Positions 54,479-63,399 of a stretch of 64,000 nucleotides of DNA are shown here, piece by piece. The notes below the pieces were generated by a model that saw only the letters and a list, made by a program, of their open reading frames with translations, had not been told where the DNA came from and did no database searches. Every line of letters begins with the position of its first letter. Position 1 is the first letter of the stretch. Source of the DNA: Candidatus Nealsonbacteria bacterium DGGOD1a (GTDB lineage Bacteria > Patescibacteriota > Minisyncoccia > Minisyncoccales > UBA5738); NCBI GenBank assembly GCA_022530585.1, contig CP092821.1, forward strand, positions 905,128 through 969,127, read 5' to 3'. The translations under genes were made by a program, and so were the position numbers.

Positions 54479-55483
54479 TTACAGTTTTAATAATTTAAAA
54501 ATATTGGCAATAACTTTTTTTGAATCATAGGCAAACTTATTTTTTTTGTAAATATCCCGACCGATAAATTTATTTTTTGGCAAATCATCGTCAATTGACA
54601 GCAATTCGCCAATCTCGGGATTTTCTTTGCGATACGAGTTCAAAATATCATCATCAATAATTCCATTATGATACAAAACGAAATCCAATTCGCTACCCAT
54701 ATATTTTTCCACTTCGGCAGCGAATTTCGCAATCGTGAACCCATGCGTTTCCCCGATACGCGCCACCGTGTTGCTCACCAAAATCTTTTTACCTTTGGAT
54801 TTTTTAAAAATCGCCGGTGCATCTTTTGGCAAAAAACACGGCGCAATACTGGAATAAAGATCGCCCGGACCAAGTATGATCAAATCGGCTTCCAGTATCG
54901 CTTTTTTTGATTCGGGAAACATTTTTGATTCCGGTTTTTGAAAAATTTTCCCGATTTTCAAATTTGCGTCATGATTTTCCGACAACTCAATCTCCCGCTC
55001 GCCCTCAAGAATATCGCCGTTTTCCATTTCGGCAAAAATATGGGTCTTATCAATAATCATCGGCAACGCGCGGTTATCTCCAAGTTCCATAAATTCCGAA
55101 ACGATTGCCATCGCTTTGCGATGACTTTTTAAATTCAATTCCAAACAAGCGATAAACGCATTGGACAAAACATGTCCCGTATGCCCGACGCCAAATGACT
55201 CATTGCCAAAACGAAACGACCAAAGCTGTTTTTTCCACTTAGGCGCATTGGACAACGCTAAAACATGGCGACGAATATCTCCGGGCGGCAAAACCCCGAA
55301 TCGTTCCCTGAACTGGCCGGCCGCTCCGCCGCTATCCACCATTGAAGTAATCCCCGTCAATTGTACCGGATATTTTTTCAGCGGTTCCAAAATCACTTTA
55401 GGCATTAAATTACCGCCGCCAATGCAAACAATTTTTAATTTTTTATCAATCGCCGCTTTTTTTTGTTTTTTTTGCGCCATCAT
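54479..55483 (-). CDS. YvcK/CofD-family (UPF0052) protein
   Basis: IVCIGGGNLMPKVI..., TSMVDSGGAAGQFRERFGVLPPGDIRRHVLALS. Track start 55489 is TTG; ATG at 55483. Confidence 0.8.
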   Translation of the reverse strand: MMAQKKQKKAAIDKKLKIVCIGGGNLMPKVILEPLKKYPVQLTGITSMVDSGGAAGQFRERFGVLPPGDIRRHVLALSNAPKWKKQLWSFRFGNESFGVGHTGHVLSNAFIACLELNLKSHRKAMAIVSEFMELGDNRALPMIIDKTHIFAEMENGDILEGEREIELSENHDANLKIGKIFQKPESKMFPESKKAILEADLIILGPGDLYSSIAPCFLPKDAPAIFKKSKGKKILVSNTVARIGETHGFTIAKFAAEVEKYMGSELDFVLYHNGIIDDDILNSYRKENPEIGELLSIDDDLPKNKFIGRDIYKKNKFAYDSKKVIANIFKLLKL

Positions 55484-55546
55484 AGACAAAATCTAATTTA
55501 TTCCTTAGAATGTATGATAATCCAAAAATACCTAAAATTCAATCTC

Positions 55547-56812
55547 ATGAGCCAAAAATTTTTAGTCAAAGGCGGCAATCCGCTCAAAGGCCAGGTAACA
55601 ATTTCCGGCTATAAAAACAGCGCCGGGCCGGTTTTGGCGGCAACGCTTTTGTCCGAAGAACCCTCCATCATTTCCAACTTGCCGCTGGTCACCGATGTGC
55701 TCAACCAGATTGAAATAATGAACCAGATCGGTTGCGAAATTGAATGGATCGACGACCACACCGCGAGGATCAACGCCAAGAATCTGGATCCGCAAAAAAT
55801 TCCGTTCGGAGTATTTCAAAAAATGCGGGTTTCCGTACTGCTCATCGGCCCGCTTTTGGCGCGCTTCCGGTCGTTCCGCGTTCCCCATCCGGGCGGCGAC
55901 AAAATCGGGTTGCGGTCGATTTCCACGCATCTGGACGCGTTTGAACAATTCGGCATCAAAGTCTGGCGGGAAAACGATTCCTATTGCTTTGAAGCTCCCA
56001 AAGAGCTGAAACCCGCGCACATTGTTTTAAAAGAATTTTCCGTCACCGCCACGGAAAACGCGATGATGCTGGCCGCCGGCATTGAAGGCACATCAACCAT
56101 CCAGATCGCCGCGGCCGAACCGCAAGTGCAAGACTTGATAATGATGCTGGAAAATATGGGCGCCAAAATCCGCTGGAGCCACCCTCATACTTTGGAAATC
56201 CAAGGTTCGTCGAAATTAACCGGCGCCAGCCACGCGATTTGCCCGGATCCGCTGGAAACCGGCACCTTTATGATCGCGATGGCGGTCACCGGCGGCCAAG
56301 GAAAAATAACCAACACCAACCCCAAAGCCCTTACCTTCTTTTTGGAAAAAATGAAAGAGATCGGAGTGAATTTCACCGCCGCCGACAATTCAATCACCGT
56401 CAATCCGTCAAGCAATTTCAAAGCCGCGCGCGTGCAGGTGATGATCTATCCGGGATTTCCCACCGACCTGCAACCGCAAATATCGGTCCTGCTCACGCAA
56501 GCGACCGGCAAAGCCGTTATCAACGAACCGCTCTATGAAAACCGCCTGCGCCATTTTGAAGAACTGCGCAAAATGGGCGCGGACATTGAAATCACCGATC
56601 CGCACCGCGCGCTCGTCTTCGGCAAAACCAATCTTTTGGGTACCACCGTCGACGCTTCCGATATCCGCTCCGGCACCGCGCTCACCCTGGCCGCGCTGAT
56701 CGCCCAAGGCCAAACCGTTGTGGAAAATATCGCCAACCTTGAACGCGGTTCGGAAAAATTCGATGAAAAACTGCGCTCCCTGGGCGCGGACATTGAAAAG
56801 ATAGGAGAATAA
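55547..56812 (+). CDS. murA: UDP-N-acetylglucosamine 1-carboxyvinyltransferase
   Basis: FLVKGGNPLKGQVTISGYKNSAGPVLAATLL..., ...DIRSGTALTLAALIAQG... Start moved to ATG 55547. Confidence 0.95.
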   Translation: MSQKFLVKGGNPLKGQVTISGYKNSAGPVLAATLLSEEPSIISNLPLVTDVLNQIEIMNQIGCEIEWIDDHTARINAKNLDPQKIPFGVFQKMRVSVLLIGPLLARFRSFRVPHPGGDKIGLRSISTHLDAFEQFGIKVWRENDSYCFEAPKELKPAHIVLKEFSVTATENAMMLAAGIEGTSTIQIAAAEPQVQDLIMMLENMGAKIRWSHPHTLEIQGSSKLTGASHAICPDPLETGTFMIAMAVTGGQGKITNTNPKALTFFLEKMKEIGVNFTAADNSITVNPSSNFKAARVQVMIYPGFPTDLQPQISVLLTQATGKAVINEPLYENRLRHFEELRKMGADIEITDPHRALVFGKTNLLGTTVDASDIRSGTALTLAALIAQGQTVVENIANLERGSEKFDEKLRSLGADIEKIGE

Positions 56813-56834
56813 AAACATTCAATCATTTAATCAT

Positions 56835-56861
56835 AAAAAATCCGGCTCATGCCGGATTTTT
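56835..56861 (+). terminator. Rho-independent terminator after murA
   Basis: AAAAAATCCGGC-TCAT-GCCGGATTTTT, 23 nt after the murA stop. Confidence 0.75.
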
Positions 56862-56875
56862 GCATCTTGCATTCC

Positions 56876-56901
56876 GTAGGGGCGAAACCATGTTTTCGCC
56901 C
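56876..56901 (-). repeat. Family-4 GTAG-tailed hairpin
   Basis: GTAGGGGCGAAACCATGTTTTCGCCC, identical to the copy at 58075-58100. Confidence 0.85.
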
Positions 56902-56922
56902 GCATTCAAAATTCCAATGCCT

Positions 56923-57549
56923 TTATTCCCCCGCCATTTTCTTCGCTAATTCAAAAGTTTTAATATTCAATTCCAAATGTCGGGGCGCCACCGACGATTT
57001 GATCGCGGCCAACATCGCGTCCGGCGCCAGCGGAATCAAATTTTTGAACGCCGCCAAACACAACAAATAAACTCCCGATACCGCGGCGCTTCCCAGTTCC
57101 TTTTGGCAAATAGCGTTGGCATCGACCACTTCGATTTTTTTGGTGAACTTTTTCAAATTACCAATGATTTCATCTTCGGCCAACAACGGCTTTCCCGGAA
57201 TCATCACTTCGGTTTTATTGATCAAATACTGCGTCTGCGGTCCGGCAAAATAGGCGGCTTTCAAACATTCCTGCATCTCCAATCCCACGATCAAATCCGC
57301 CTTCTTGGCTTCCACCAAAGGCGACCAAACTTTTTTGCCGAATTTGATGTGCACCTCCACCGACCCGCCCCGCTGTGACAATCCGTGTAATTCGCTGGTT
57401 TTGGCATCCAGCCCGCTTTCAACCGCCGCCTCGGCCAAAATTTCCAAAAGCGTAATTAGCCCCTGCCCGCCCGTGCCCACGATCACGCAATTGAATGTTT
57501 TCGATTCGGTTTCTTTTTTAATCGGTTTAATATTTTTTTTAGTCGCCAT
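56923..57549 (-). CDS. iorB: Indolepyruvate/2-oxoacid:ferredoxin oxidoreductase subunit beta (gamma-type domain)
   Basis: ATG confirmed. FNCVIVGTGGQGLITLLEILAEAAVESGLDAKTSELHGLSQRGGSV. Confidence 0.8.
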   Translation of the reverse strand: MATKKNIKPIKKETESKTFNCVIVGTGGQGLITLLEILAEAAVESGLDAKTSELHGLSQRGGSVEVHIKFGKKVWSPLVEAKKADLIVGLEMQECLKAAYFAGPQTQYLINKTEVMIPGKPLLAEDEIIGNLKKFTKKIEVVDANAICQKELGSAAVSGVYLLCLAAFKNLIPLAPDAMLAAIKSSVAPRHLELNIKTFELAKKMAGE

Positions 57550-57650
57550 AGTATTAATTTATAAAGGTAAGCTTTATGTCCGCTCACATCAATAACCTTA
57601 TTCTATTAAAATTTAAATCGTTTTACAAATTAAAAAAGAGCATTGAAAAA

Positions 57651-57902
57651 TCAATGCAAATGGTCTTCTTTAATTGGATATTCTATTAATTCAATACCCC
57701 TTGGCTCAACTCCAGTCATCAATTCTCGCGGCAAGTCATATCTCTTTAACACACCGCTTTTCCCTTCCCCCCTTAATATAGGGGTAATTTTAAGCTGGCA
57801 GCTTGGGCATTTTTTTAGTATTTCGCCGTTCTTTTTTATCTTGTATCCGCAATGGGGACAACTCAACACCATTCTGTTTCTATCTTTATCTTCCATTCTC
57901 AT
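57651..57902 (-). CDS. Small zinc-ribbon protein inserted between iorA and iorB
   Basis: SCPHCGYKIKKNGEILKKCPSCQ (CxxC-x13-CxxC). Track start is GTG; ATGs at 57902 and 57896. The region is AT-rich and differs from its flanks. Confidence 0.4.
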   Translation of the reverse strand: MRMEDKDRNRMVLSCPHCGYKIKKNGEILKKCPSCQLKITPILRGEGKSGVLKRYDLPRELMTGVEPRGIELIEYPIKEDHLH

Positions 57903-58074
57903 CCAATCCCTCACAAGCCGTTTTAAATTCGACCTCTCACATTTTCATCTCTCTCACGCCGAATTATAAACGAGCTATGATTTTTGAATACCACTTTTTT
58001 AAAAAATGTAAAGGAGGCAGGGATGTATGTATTTAAATACATATTTAAATATGTACGCGCATTGCATTCGTATT

Positions 58075-58219
58075 GTAGGGGCGAAACCATGTTTTCGCCC
58101 GAATTTTTAATCCCGAATCCCAAATTTCGGGAAAAACCAAAACGGGCGATTACACGGAATCGCCCCTACGGATACGAATACCAAATTCAAAATACGGGCG
58201 AATAATCATTCGCCCCTAC
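58075..58219. repeat. Cluster of three family-4 GTAG-tailed hairpins
   Basis: 58075-58100 GTAGGGGCGAAACCATGTTTTCGCCC; 58144-58169 GGGCGATTACACGGAATCGCCCCTAC; 58196-58219 GGGCGAATAATCATTCGCCCCTAC. The last one provides the iorA stop codon (CTA at 58216-58218). Confidence 0.85.
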
Positions 58220-59880
58220 TTTGGCGCCACGAATTTGCACGGGCGGCGGGCGATAATTACCGAAACTTCGGGTTTTTCCGTGAATTCTTTCACGGTCGCG
58301 ATGAATTCTTCGGATTGGCCTTGATCGATGATTTTCATATTTTCCGGTTTGACCCCGCAAGCCAGCACCATATTTTCGATCGGGATCGGACGGGGGGCAT
58401 CCGCCGAATCCAGATGCGGCTGATGGCCGGTCATCGCGGTGATATCGTTGTTCATAATGATAATCAAGGGATTTGAGCCATTGTAGACCGCGTTTAGCAG
58501 TCCTTCAATGCCGGAATGGAAAAATGTGGCGTCACCGATGAACGCGATCACTTTTTGATCCGTGGATTTTTTTATCCCGTGGGCGATGCCGATCCCCGAC
58601 CCCATGCAAAACATATAGTCATAGAGCTCATGCGGCGGCAACGCGCCGATCATATAACAGCCGATATCGCCGCCGAAAATAACCTTGCTTTCGTCCACCG
58701 CCTTTTTCACCGCCGCGAACACCAGCCAATACGGGCATCCGGGGCACAACTGCGGCGGCCGCGCCGGCAACTCAAATTTCGGCGCGAATTTGGACATCGC
58801 GTATTTTTTGCCCGTGAATTTGGCGATCATATTCGCCGCGATCTCCGGCTTCATTTCGCCGATCTGCGTGCGCAAATCAACGCCGTGGATTTGCAATTTG
58901 CAATTTGTATCCTTGGCCAGCATCTGCACCCGGCGCTCCAGATACGGCTCCATCTCTTCGACCACCAAAACTTTCTTCAATCCTTTGATGAAATCCTTGA
59001 TTTTCTTTTCCGGCAAAGGGTGAAATGTCCCCAGTTTCAAAACCGGCAAACTGACGCCCAGCTCTTGCATCGCCTCTTGCATATGCAAATAGGCCACGCT
59101 TGAAGTGATTATCCCCAATGGCTGTTTCTTGCCCTTAACAATCCCTTCAACGCGGTTGAGCTTGCTCTTCTCGAAATATTGCTCCAATTTTTCTTCCCGT
59201 TCCAGCATCTCTTTTTTCATTTCGTGCAGGCGCGGCATCATGGTCACATATTTGCGCTTGTTCTTCGCGAATTCGCCCTTCAAATTGATTTTTCGATTCG
59301 GATCAAGTTCGCCCAGTTCAACCAGCGCCCGCTGATGCGCCACGCGCGTGGTAATGCGAATGATCACCGCGGTGCCGAATTTTTCCGAAATATCAAACGC
59401 TTCCATCGTAAAATCCTTGCATTCCTGCGCGTCGGCCGGTTCGAGCATCGGCAAATGGCTCAACACCGAAAACGGCCGCGTGTTTTCTTCGCTTTGCGCC
59501 GAACTATGGCAACTCGGATCGTCGGCCAAAAAGATCACCATCGGCGCCCGCGTGCCGGTATAAGCCAAGGGCAAAAGCGGCTCCAAGGCGACATTCAAAC
59601 CGAAATTTTTCATCGCCACCAACGATTTGAGGCCGGAAAAATTCGCGCCGATCGCCGCTTCCATCGCGGTTTTTTCGTTGCTCGAAAATTCAAACAAAAA
59701 TTTGGGATCGTCCTTTAATTCTTTTTGCAGCGCGAAAAAATTATTGCCGATCTCCGACGCCGGCGTCCCGGGATAAGTGGAAACAAACTGCACCCCGCTT
59801 TCCAGCGCGCCGCGGATGATCGCCTCATTCCCCAGCAACATCGCCTTTTTGCCTTTTTGGTTTTCCAATAATTTGTTCAT
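58216..59880 (-). CDS. iorA: Indolepyruvate:ferredoxin oxidoreductase subunit alpha (TPP-binding), apparently lacking the C-terminal ferredoxin-like domain
   Basis: AMLLGNEAIIRGALESGVQFVSTYPGTPASEI, CPGCPYW, GDATFFHSGI. Start moved to ATG 59880. Ends ...IIARRPCKFVAPK* with no CxxCxxCxxxCP motifs. Confidence 0.85.
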   Translation of the reverse strand: MNKLLENQKGKKAMLLGNEAIIRGALESGVQFVSTYPGTPASEIGNNFFALQKELKDDPKFLFEFSSNEKTAMEAAIGANFSGLKSLVAMKNFGLNVALEPLLPLAYTGTRAPMVIFLADDPSCHSSAQSEENTRPFSVLSHLPMLEPADAQECKDFTMEAFDISEKFGTAVIIRITTRVAHQRALVELGELDPNRKINLKGEFAKNKRKYVTMMPRLHEMKKEMLEREEKLEQYFEKSKLNRVEGIVKGKKQPLGIITSSVAYLHMQEAMQELGVSLPVLKLGTFHPLPEKKIKDFIKGLKKVLVVEEMEPYLERRVQMLAKDTNCKLQIHGVDLRTQIGEMKPEIAANMIAKFTGKKYAMSKFAPKFELPARPPQLCPGCPYWLVFAAVKKAVDESKVIFGGDIGCYMIGALPPHELYDYMFCMGSGIGIAHGIKKSTDQKVIAFIGDATFFHSGIEGLLNAVYNGSNPLIIIMNNDITAMTGHQPHLDSADAPRPIPIENMVLACGVKPENMKIIDQGQSEEFIATVKEFTEKPEVSVIIARRPCKFVAPK

Positions 59881-59890
59881 ATAATTTTTG

Positions 59891-61198
59891 TTAACTTGCA
59901 ATTTCCGGCAAATTGAAAAAATTCTTGATTTCAACAACGCCGTTTTCCGTATTTATTTTATCCTCGCCTTGCAAAGTAATCAACTCCGATTCTTTCAATT
60001 TGAATTTTTTCATGGATTCATCCAGTCCTTCAATTTCCCGAATTTTATTTTCCTCGTTCAAATCCCAACAAACATTGATCAATCTTTTGACCGCGCGCCC
60101 TTCCCGCACCACAAAATCGGTCTCCCGCTTATTTTGCCAATAAAAAATTTCATTGCCGCCTCTCTTCAAAGCCAAAAACACCGCGTTTTCAAAAACCCGG
60201 CCGATATTCTCGGAAAACTTAAAAGACACCGCGTTATAAATTCCAGTGTCGATACTGTAAAATTTTTTCGGTCTTTTTTGCTGTTGCGACAAGGAATAAG
60301 AAAAATAACTCACCGGCAGCATCAAAAAAACTTCTTCCAAATACGACAAAAATTTGTTGGCGGTGGGTTGCGGAATACCTTGCTTTTTCTCGGCCAAATA
60401 GCCCGACAACGGCAAGCCGTTTTGCGTCATTGCCAAAAGACAAAATTCTTTCAAGCGGCCGGCATCGCGGACTTTATAGCGGCCGGCGATATCTTTTTCG
60501 ATAATGGCCGAATAATATTCTTTCAATAATTGTTTTTTTGTTTCGGCGTCGCCGCTAAGCGTTATTTGCGGAAAACCGCCGAATTCCAGATATTTTTGAA
60601 AAGCGTGGCGCAATTCCGCTGAATTTATGTTTATGCCGGCAACATCCGTTAATTTATCCTGGCCCTTGAACAATAAATACTCCCGAAAACTCAACGGATA
60701 AATTACATTGGAATAAATCCGGCCGGTGAGAGTATACCCGTATTCTTTTGACAAAAGGTGCGATGAAGAATCGGTGATATAAAACTTCACCTCGTCACCG
60801 CGGTCATAAACGCCGCGCACGAATTTTTCCCATTGCGGCACCATATGCACTTCGTCCAAAGCCACATAAATTTTACCTTGAGGCGAAAATTTTTCCCGGT
60901 AGGCCTGATAAATTTGCAGCAAAAACTTCAAATCAAGGTCGGACGCGAACGCCGGCTCTTCAAAATTGATGTACAAAATGTTTTGAACCGATGCGCCGTT
61001 TTCTATGATCTCCTTCAAGGTTTGCAAAAGCGCGGTTGATTTTCCCGACCGCCGCACCCCCGTGATCACGGATACTTCCTTTTGATCTCTTTGATTGAAC
61101 AGCTTTTGAACATATTTGGGCCGCGCCAAACCGGTTTTGACCTCTTTTTGCCAAAAATTCCACTGGCTCAATATGCCGATTATTTCCTGGTTATTCAT
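59891..61198 (-). CDS. AAA_14/DUF4143-family ATPase
   Basis: ATG confirmed. Walker A ITGVRRSGKST, Walker B IYVALDEV, DUF4143-like C-terminal half. Confidence 0.8.
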   Translation of the reverse strand: MNNQEIIGILSQWNFWQKEVKTGLARPKYVQKLFNQRDQKEVSVITGVRRSGKSTALLQTLKEIIENGASVQNILYINFEEPAFASDLDLKFLLQIYQAYREKFSPQGKIYVALDEVHMVPQWEKFVRGVYDRGDEVKFYITDSSSHLLSKEYGYTLTGRIYSNVIYPLSFREYLLFKGQDKLTDVAGININSAELRHAFQKYLEFGGFPQITLSGDAETKKQLLKEYYSAIIEKDIAGRYKVRDAGRLKEFCLLAMTQNGLPLSGYLAEKKQGIPQPTANKFLSYLEEVFLMLPVSYFSYSLSQQQKRPKKFYSIDTGIYNAVSFKFSENIGRVFENAVFLALKRGGNEIFYWQNKRETDFVVREGRAVKRLINVCWDLNEENKIREIEGLDESMKKFKLKESELITLQGEDKINTENGVVEIKNFFNLPEIAS

Positions 61199-61206
61199 AA
61201 ATATAA

Positions 61207-61256
61207 AAGTATACTTTAGTATTCCATATCTAAATACTAAAGTATACTTTAGTATT
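61207..61256. promoter_or_regulatory. Direct and inverted 17-bp repeats upstream of the AAA ATPase gene
   Basis: AAGTATACTTTAGTATT at 61207-61223 and 61240-61256. AATACTAAAGTATAC (61233-61247) is the reverse complement of 61209-61223. Confidence 0.4.
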
Positions 61257-61471
61257 TGTCAAATCCCAACCCGGTAACTGCTCGCCGGGGTAATTGATGT
61301 ATCGTGGTTTTTGACCGCGAATTTCACAACAATTCGCCTTGCCGAATAAGCTAACATTGCCAAAAAACCTAAACCGCCTACAATTTGGTTCCAGATAGCT
61401 CACCGGCAGTACGCTAAAATAAAAAATCTGTTATCCAATTTTTAGTTTTATTCAGTTCTAATTATTTTAAC

Positions 61472-62686
61472 TTATTTTGCCGCACCGTTACCCCGATAGC
61501 ATCTTGCTTTCAAAGAAATGTCTGTGATTTTGTCGCAGATGGAAATATCTTGTTTCGCAATACCAACCCCCGAATAGCACTTTTCTTTGTTGCTTTGGTC
61601 GGCGATTTCACCACATATTTCCAAGTTTTGTTCGACAGCCGCAATCCTCATAAAACATTCGTCTTTCTGGTATTTTGAGTTGCCATCATATACCATGATC
61701 ATGTCGCATATCGCTGTATCTTTTCTGGCGACACCGATTTCTTTATAACACCAAACTTTTTCGGGTTCATATTTGATTTGATCGCAAATTGAAAGATCGT
61801 TTTTGGCAACGCCAACGCCCTCATAACAAAAATCTTTTTCCTTATTGTAATTAACCTCTATCATGTCGCAGATCGACAAATCTTGTTTGGCGATACCGAT
61901 CTTTTCATAACAATAGTCTCTATCGTGTGACCGATTTGTCGCTTTTTTACAAATTGTCAAATCTTGTTTGGCGATACTAAGTTCTCGGTAACAAAGGTTC
62001 TTATTGTCTTGGTTCATGATCAACGGGCAAAGGCTTATTGAAAAGACCGCATTTAAAAAACCAAGTTGCACGAATGTGAACATTATTGCTCCAAACGCAA
62101 TAACACCCGTCAGCAAGGAAAATGGAATAACTGATTTTATTAATTTTGGCAGCGTTTTTTCATTCAATGTAACAATCTGAGCAGACTCATTTTTGAATAT
62201 TTTGCTTAAAAAAATAATGAGACCTGCAATATATGTGAATATCGAAATAATACTAATAACGAAAAGGAGCAATTCAATTGGGCCGCCGATTTGCGTATTC
62301 AGCAGGCGAGAAATTAAAAAGTTGGGATTATATTTGCAATACGAATCGCCACAATCATTATAGGTATTAAAAAAGACGAATAAAACTTGCGGTATCAAAA
62401 CTAAAACTGTAAAAAATACCGGATAAAAAATCACTGATTTTTTTTGGTTCCAATTGAAAATTATCTTTAACGGCACCACAATACCCATGAGAAGGTAAAA
62501 CAAAAAAGAAAGCGGAATTGTGATCAATCCGCTCCAACCATTAAAAGTTAATAAAGAAAACTGAAAACTCGCGTAGCAGTATATTATCCATAGCAACAAA
62601 AAAAGGATTGCATTGATCTTAAGCGACGGCTTTAACAACGGTTCGAAGATACTATTAAATTTATTTTTTTCCATGCTGTTCAGCAT
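61472..62686 (-). CDS. Polytopic membrane protein with 6-7 C-terminal Cys-pair tandem repeats
   Basis: ATG confirmed. About 6 TM segments, then repeats of CYxxxG(I/V)AKxD(L/I)SICDxI every 26-31 aa (CYEKIGIAKQDLSICDMI, CYEGVGVAKNDLSICDQI, CYKEIGVARKDTAICDMI, CYSGVGIAKQDISICDKI...). Confidence 0.6.
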   Translation of the reverse strand: MLNSMEKNKFNSIFEPLLKPSLKINAILFLLLWIIYCYASFQFSLLTFNGWSGLITIPLSFLFYLLMGIVVPLKIIFNWNQKKSVIFYPVFFTVLVLIPQVLFVFFNTYNDCGDSYCKYNPNFLISRLLNTQIGGPIELLLFVISIISIFTYIAGLIIFLSKIFKNESAQIVTLNEKTLPKLIKSVIPFSLLTGVIAFGAIMFTFVQLGFLNAVFSISLCPLIMNQDNKNLCYRELSIAKQDLTICKKATNRSHDRDYCYEKIGIAKQDLSICDMIEVNYNKEKDFCYEGVGVAKNDLSICDQIKYEPEKVWCYKEIGVARKDTAICDMIMVYDGNSKYQKDECFMRIAAVEQNLEICGEIADQSNKEKCYSGVGIAKQDISICDKITDISLKARCYRGNGAAK

Positions 62687-62812
62687 TTATTTTATTGCGA
62701 AACCTTGCAAATTTATTACTTCGGTGAGAATTTGCATAGCCTTCCCCCGTAAACTAAAATGGCATTTCAATTTTAGCATTTTGAATTGCCATTTTCCAAT
62801 TCTTTTTATGGA

Positions 62813-63040
62813 TTAAAGATATTTTACGAATTCGTCAACTGTCAAATCAAGCTGCCTGACAATTGCACGCAAAGTGCCTTTGGCCAAATCTTTATTATGC
62901 AATGGAACCACCGGCTGGTGTATAACATCGCCATCGCGCACCATAATCAAATGGCTGCCTTTTTAATGATGTTTTTTGAACCCCAATTTTTCCAAGGCCG
63001 CCACAACCTCTTTTGGTTTTAAAACCGGAAGTTGCGTCAT
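62813..63040 (-). pseudogene. hicA: hicA toxin pseudogene (single in-frame TAA)
   Basis: My translation: MTQLPVLKPKEVVAALEKLGFKKHH*KGSHLIMVRDGDVIHQPVVPLHNKDLAKGTLRAIVRQLDLTVDEFVKYL*. The stop is at 62963-62965, where HicA normally has Q/R before GSH. Starts 4 nt after the hicB stop. Confidence 0.75.
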
Positions 63041-63044
63041 AAAT

Positions 63045-63317
63045 TTATGCCGGACAATAATTAATTTCCACGCTCACCTTGCTTTTTAAAAAATTAGGGT
63101 CAACATCTTCCGGAAAAGCGATTTTTCTATCAGCCAAGGTTTCCAAATACAATTCGATTGCTTCGCGTACATTTTTTTTCGCCTCGGCCAAATTCTTGCC
63201 CTGAGTGACGCAACCCGGCAAAGCTGGAACCTCAACCACAAAATAACCGGATTTTTCATCGGGAGTAAATAAAACAGTATATTCAAATATTTTTTTCTTT
63301 TTCAATAAGTTTGGCAT
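63045..63317 (-). CDS. hicB: HicB-family antitoxin (UPF0150)
   Basis: 90 aa, ATG confirmed. YTVLFTPDEKSGYFVVEVPALPGCVTQGKNLAEAKKNVREAIELYLE. Confidence 0.8.
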   Translation of the reverse strand: MPNLLKKKKIFEYTVLFTPDEKSGYFVVEVPALPGCVTQGKNLAEAKKNVREAIELYLETLADRKIAFPEDVDPNFLKSKVSVEINYCPA

Positions 63318-63399
63318 ATTTTTATGGTACTTTCAATCTCCGATTTGTCAACCAATTTTAGCTACTCCACCGTCACCGATTTCGCCAAATTGCGCTTTA

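Noticed and set aside
55463-55546. Track N-terminal extensions using TTG/GTG starts (murA 55463, topA 44689, pth 42826, ftsA 35764, lepB 42873, iorA 59937, ybeY 36376, clpB 15296 and others)
   Set aside because: The extensions are encoded by repeats or intergenic AT-rich DNA, overlap neighbouring genes, and precede canonical conserved N-termini that begin at an internal ATG.
57984-58205. Plus-strand ORF with a strong AAAGGAGG site before an internal ATG (58023)
   Set aside because: The reading frame runs straight through three REP hairpins (peptides CRGETMFSP, KRAITRNRPYG). It is most likely a fortuitous ORF, although the RBS-like sequence is noted.
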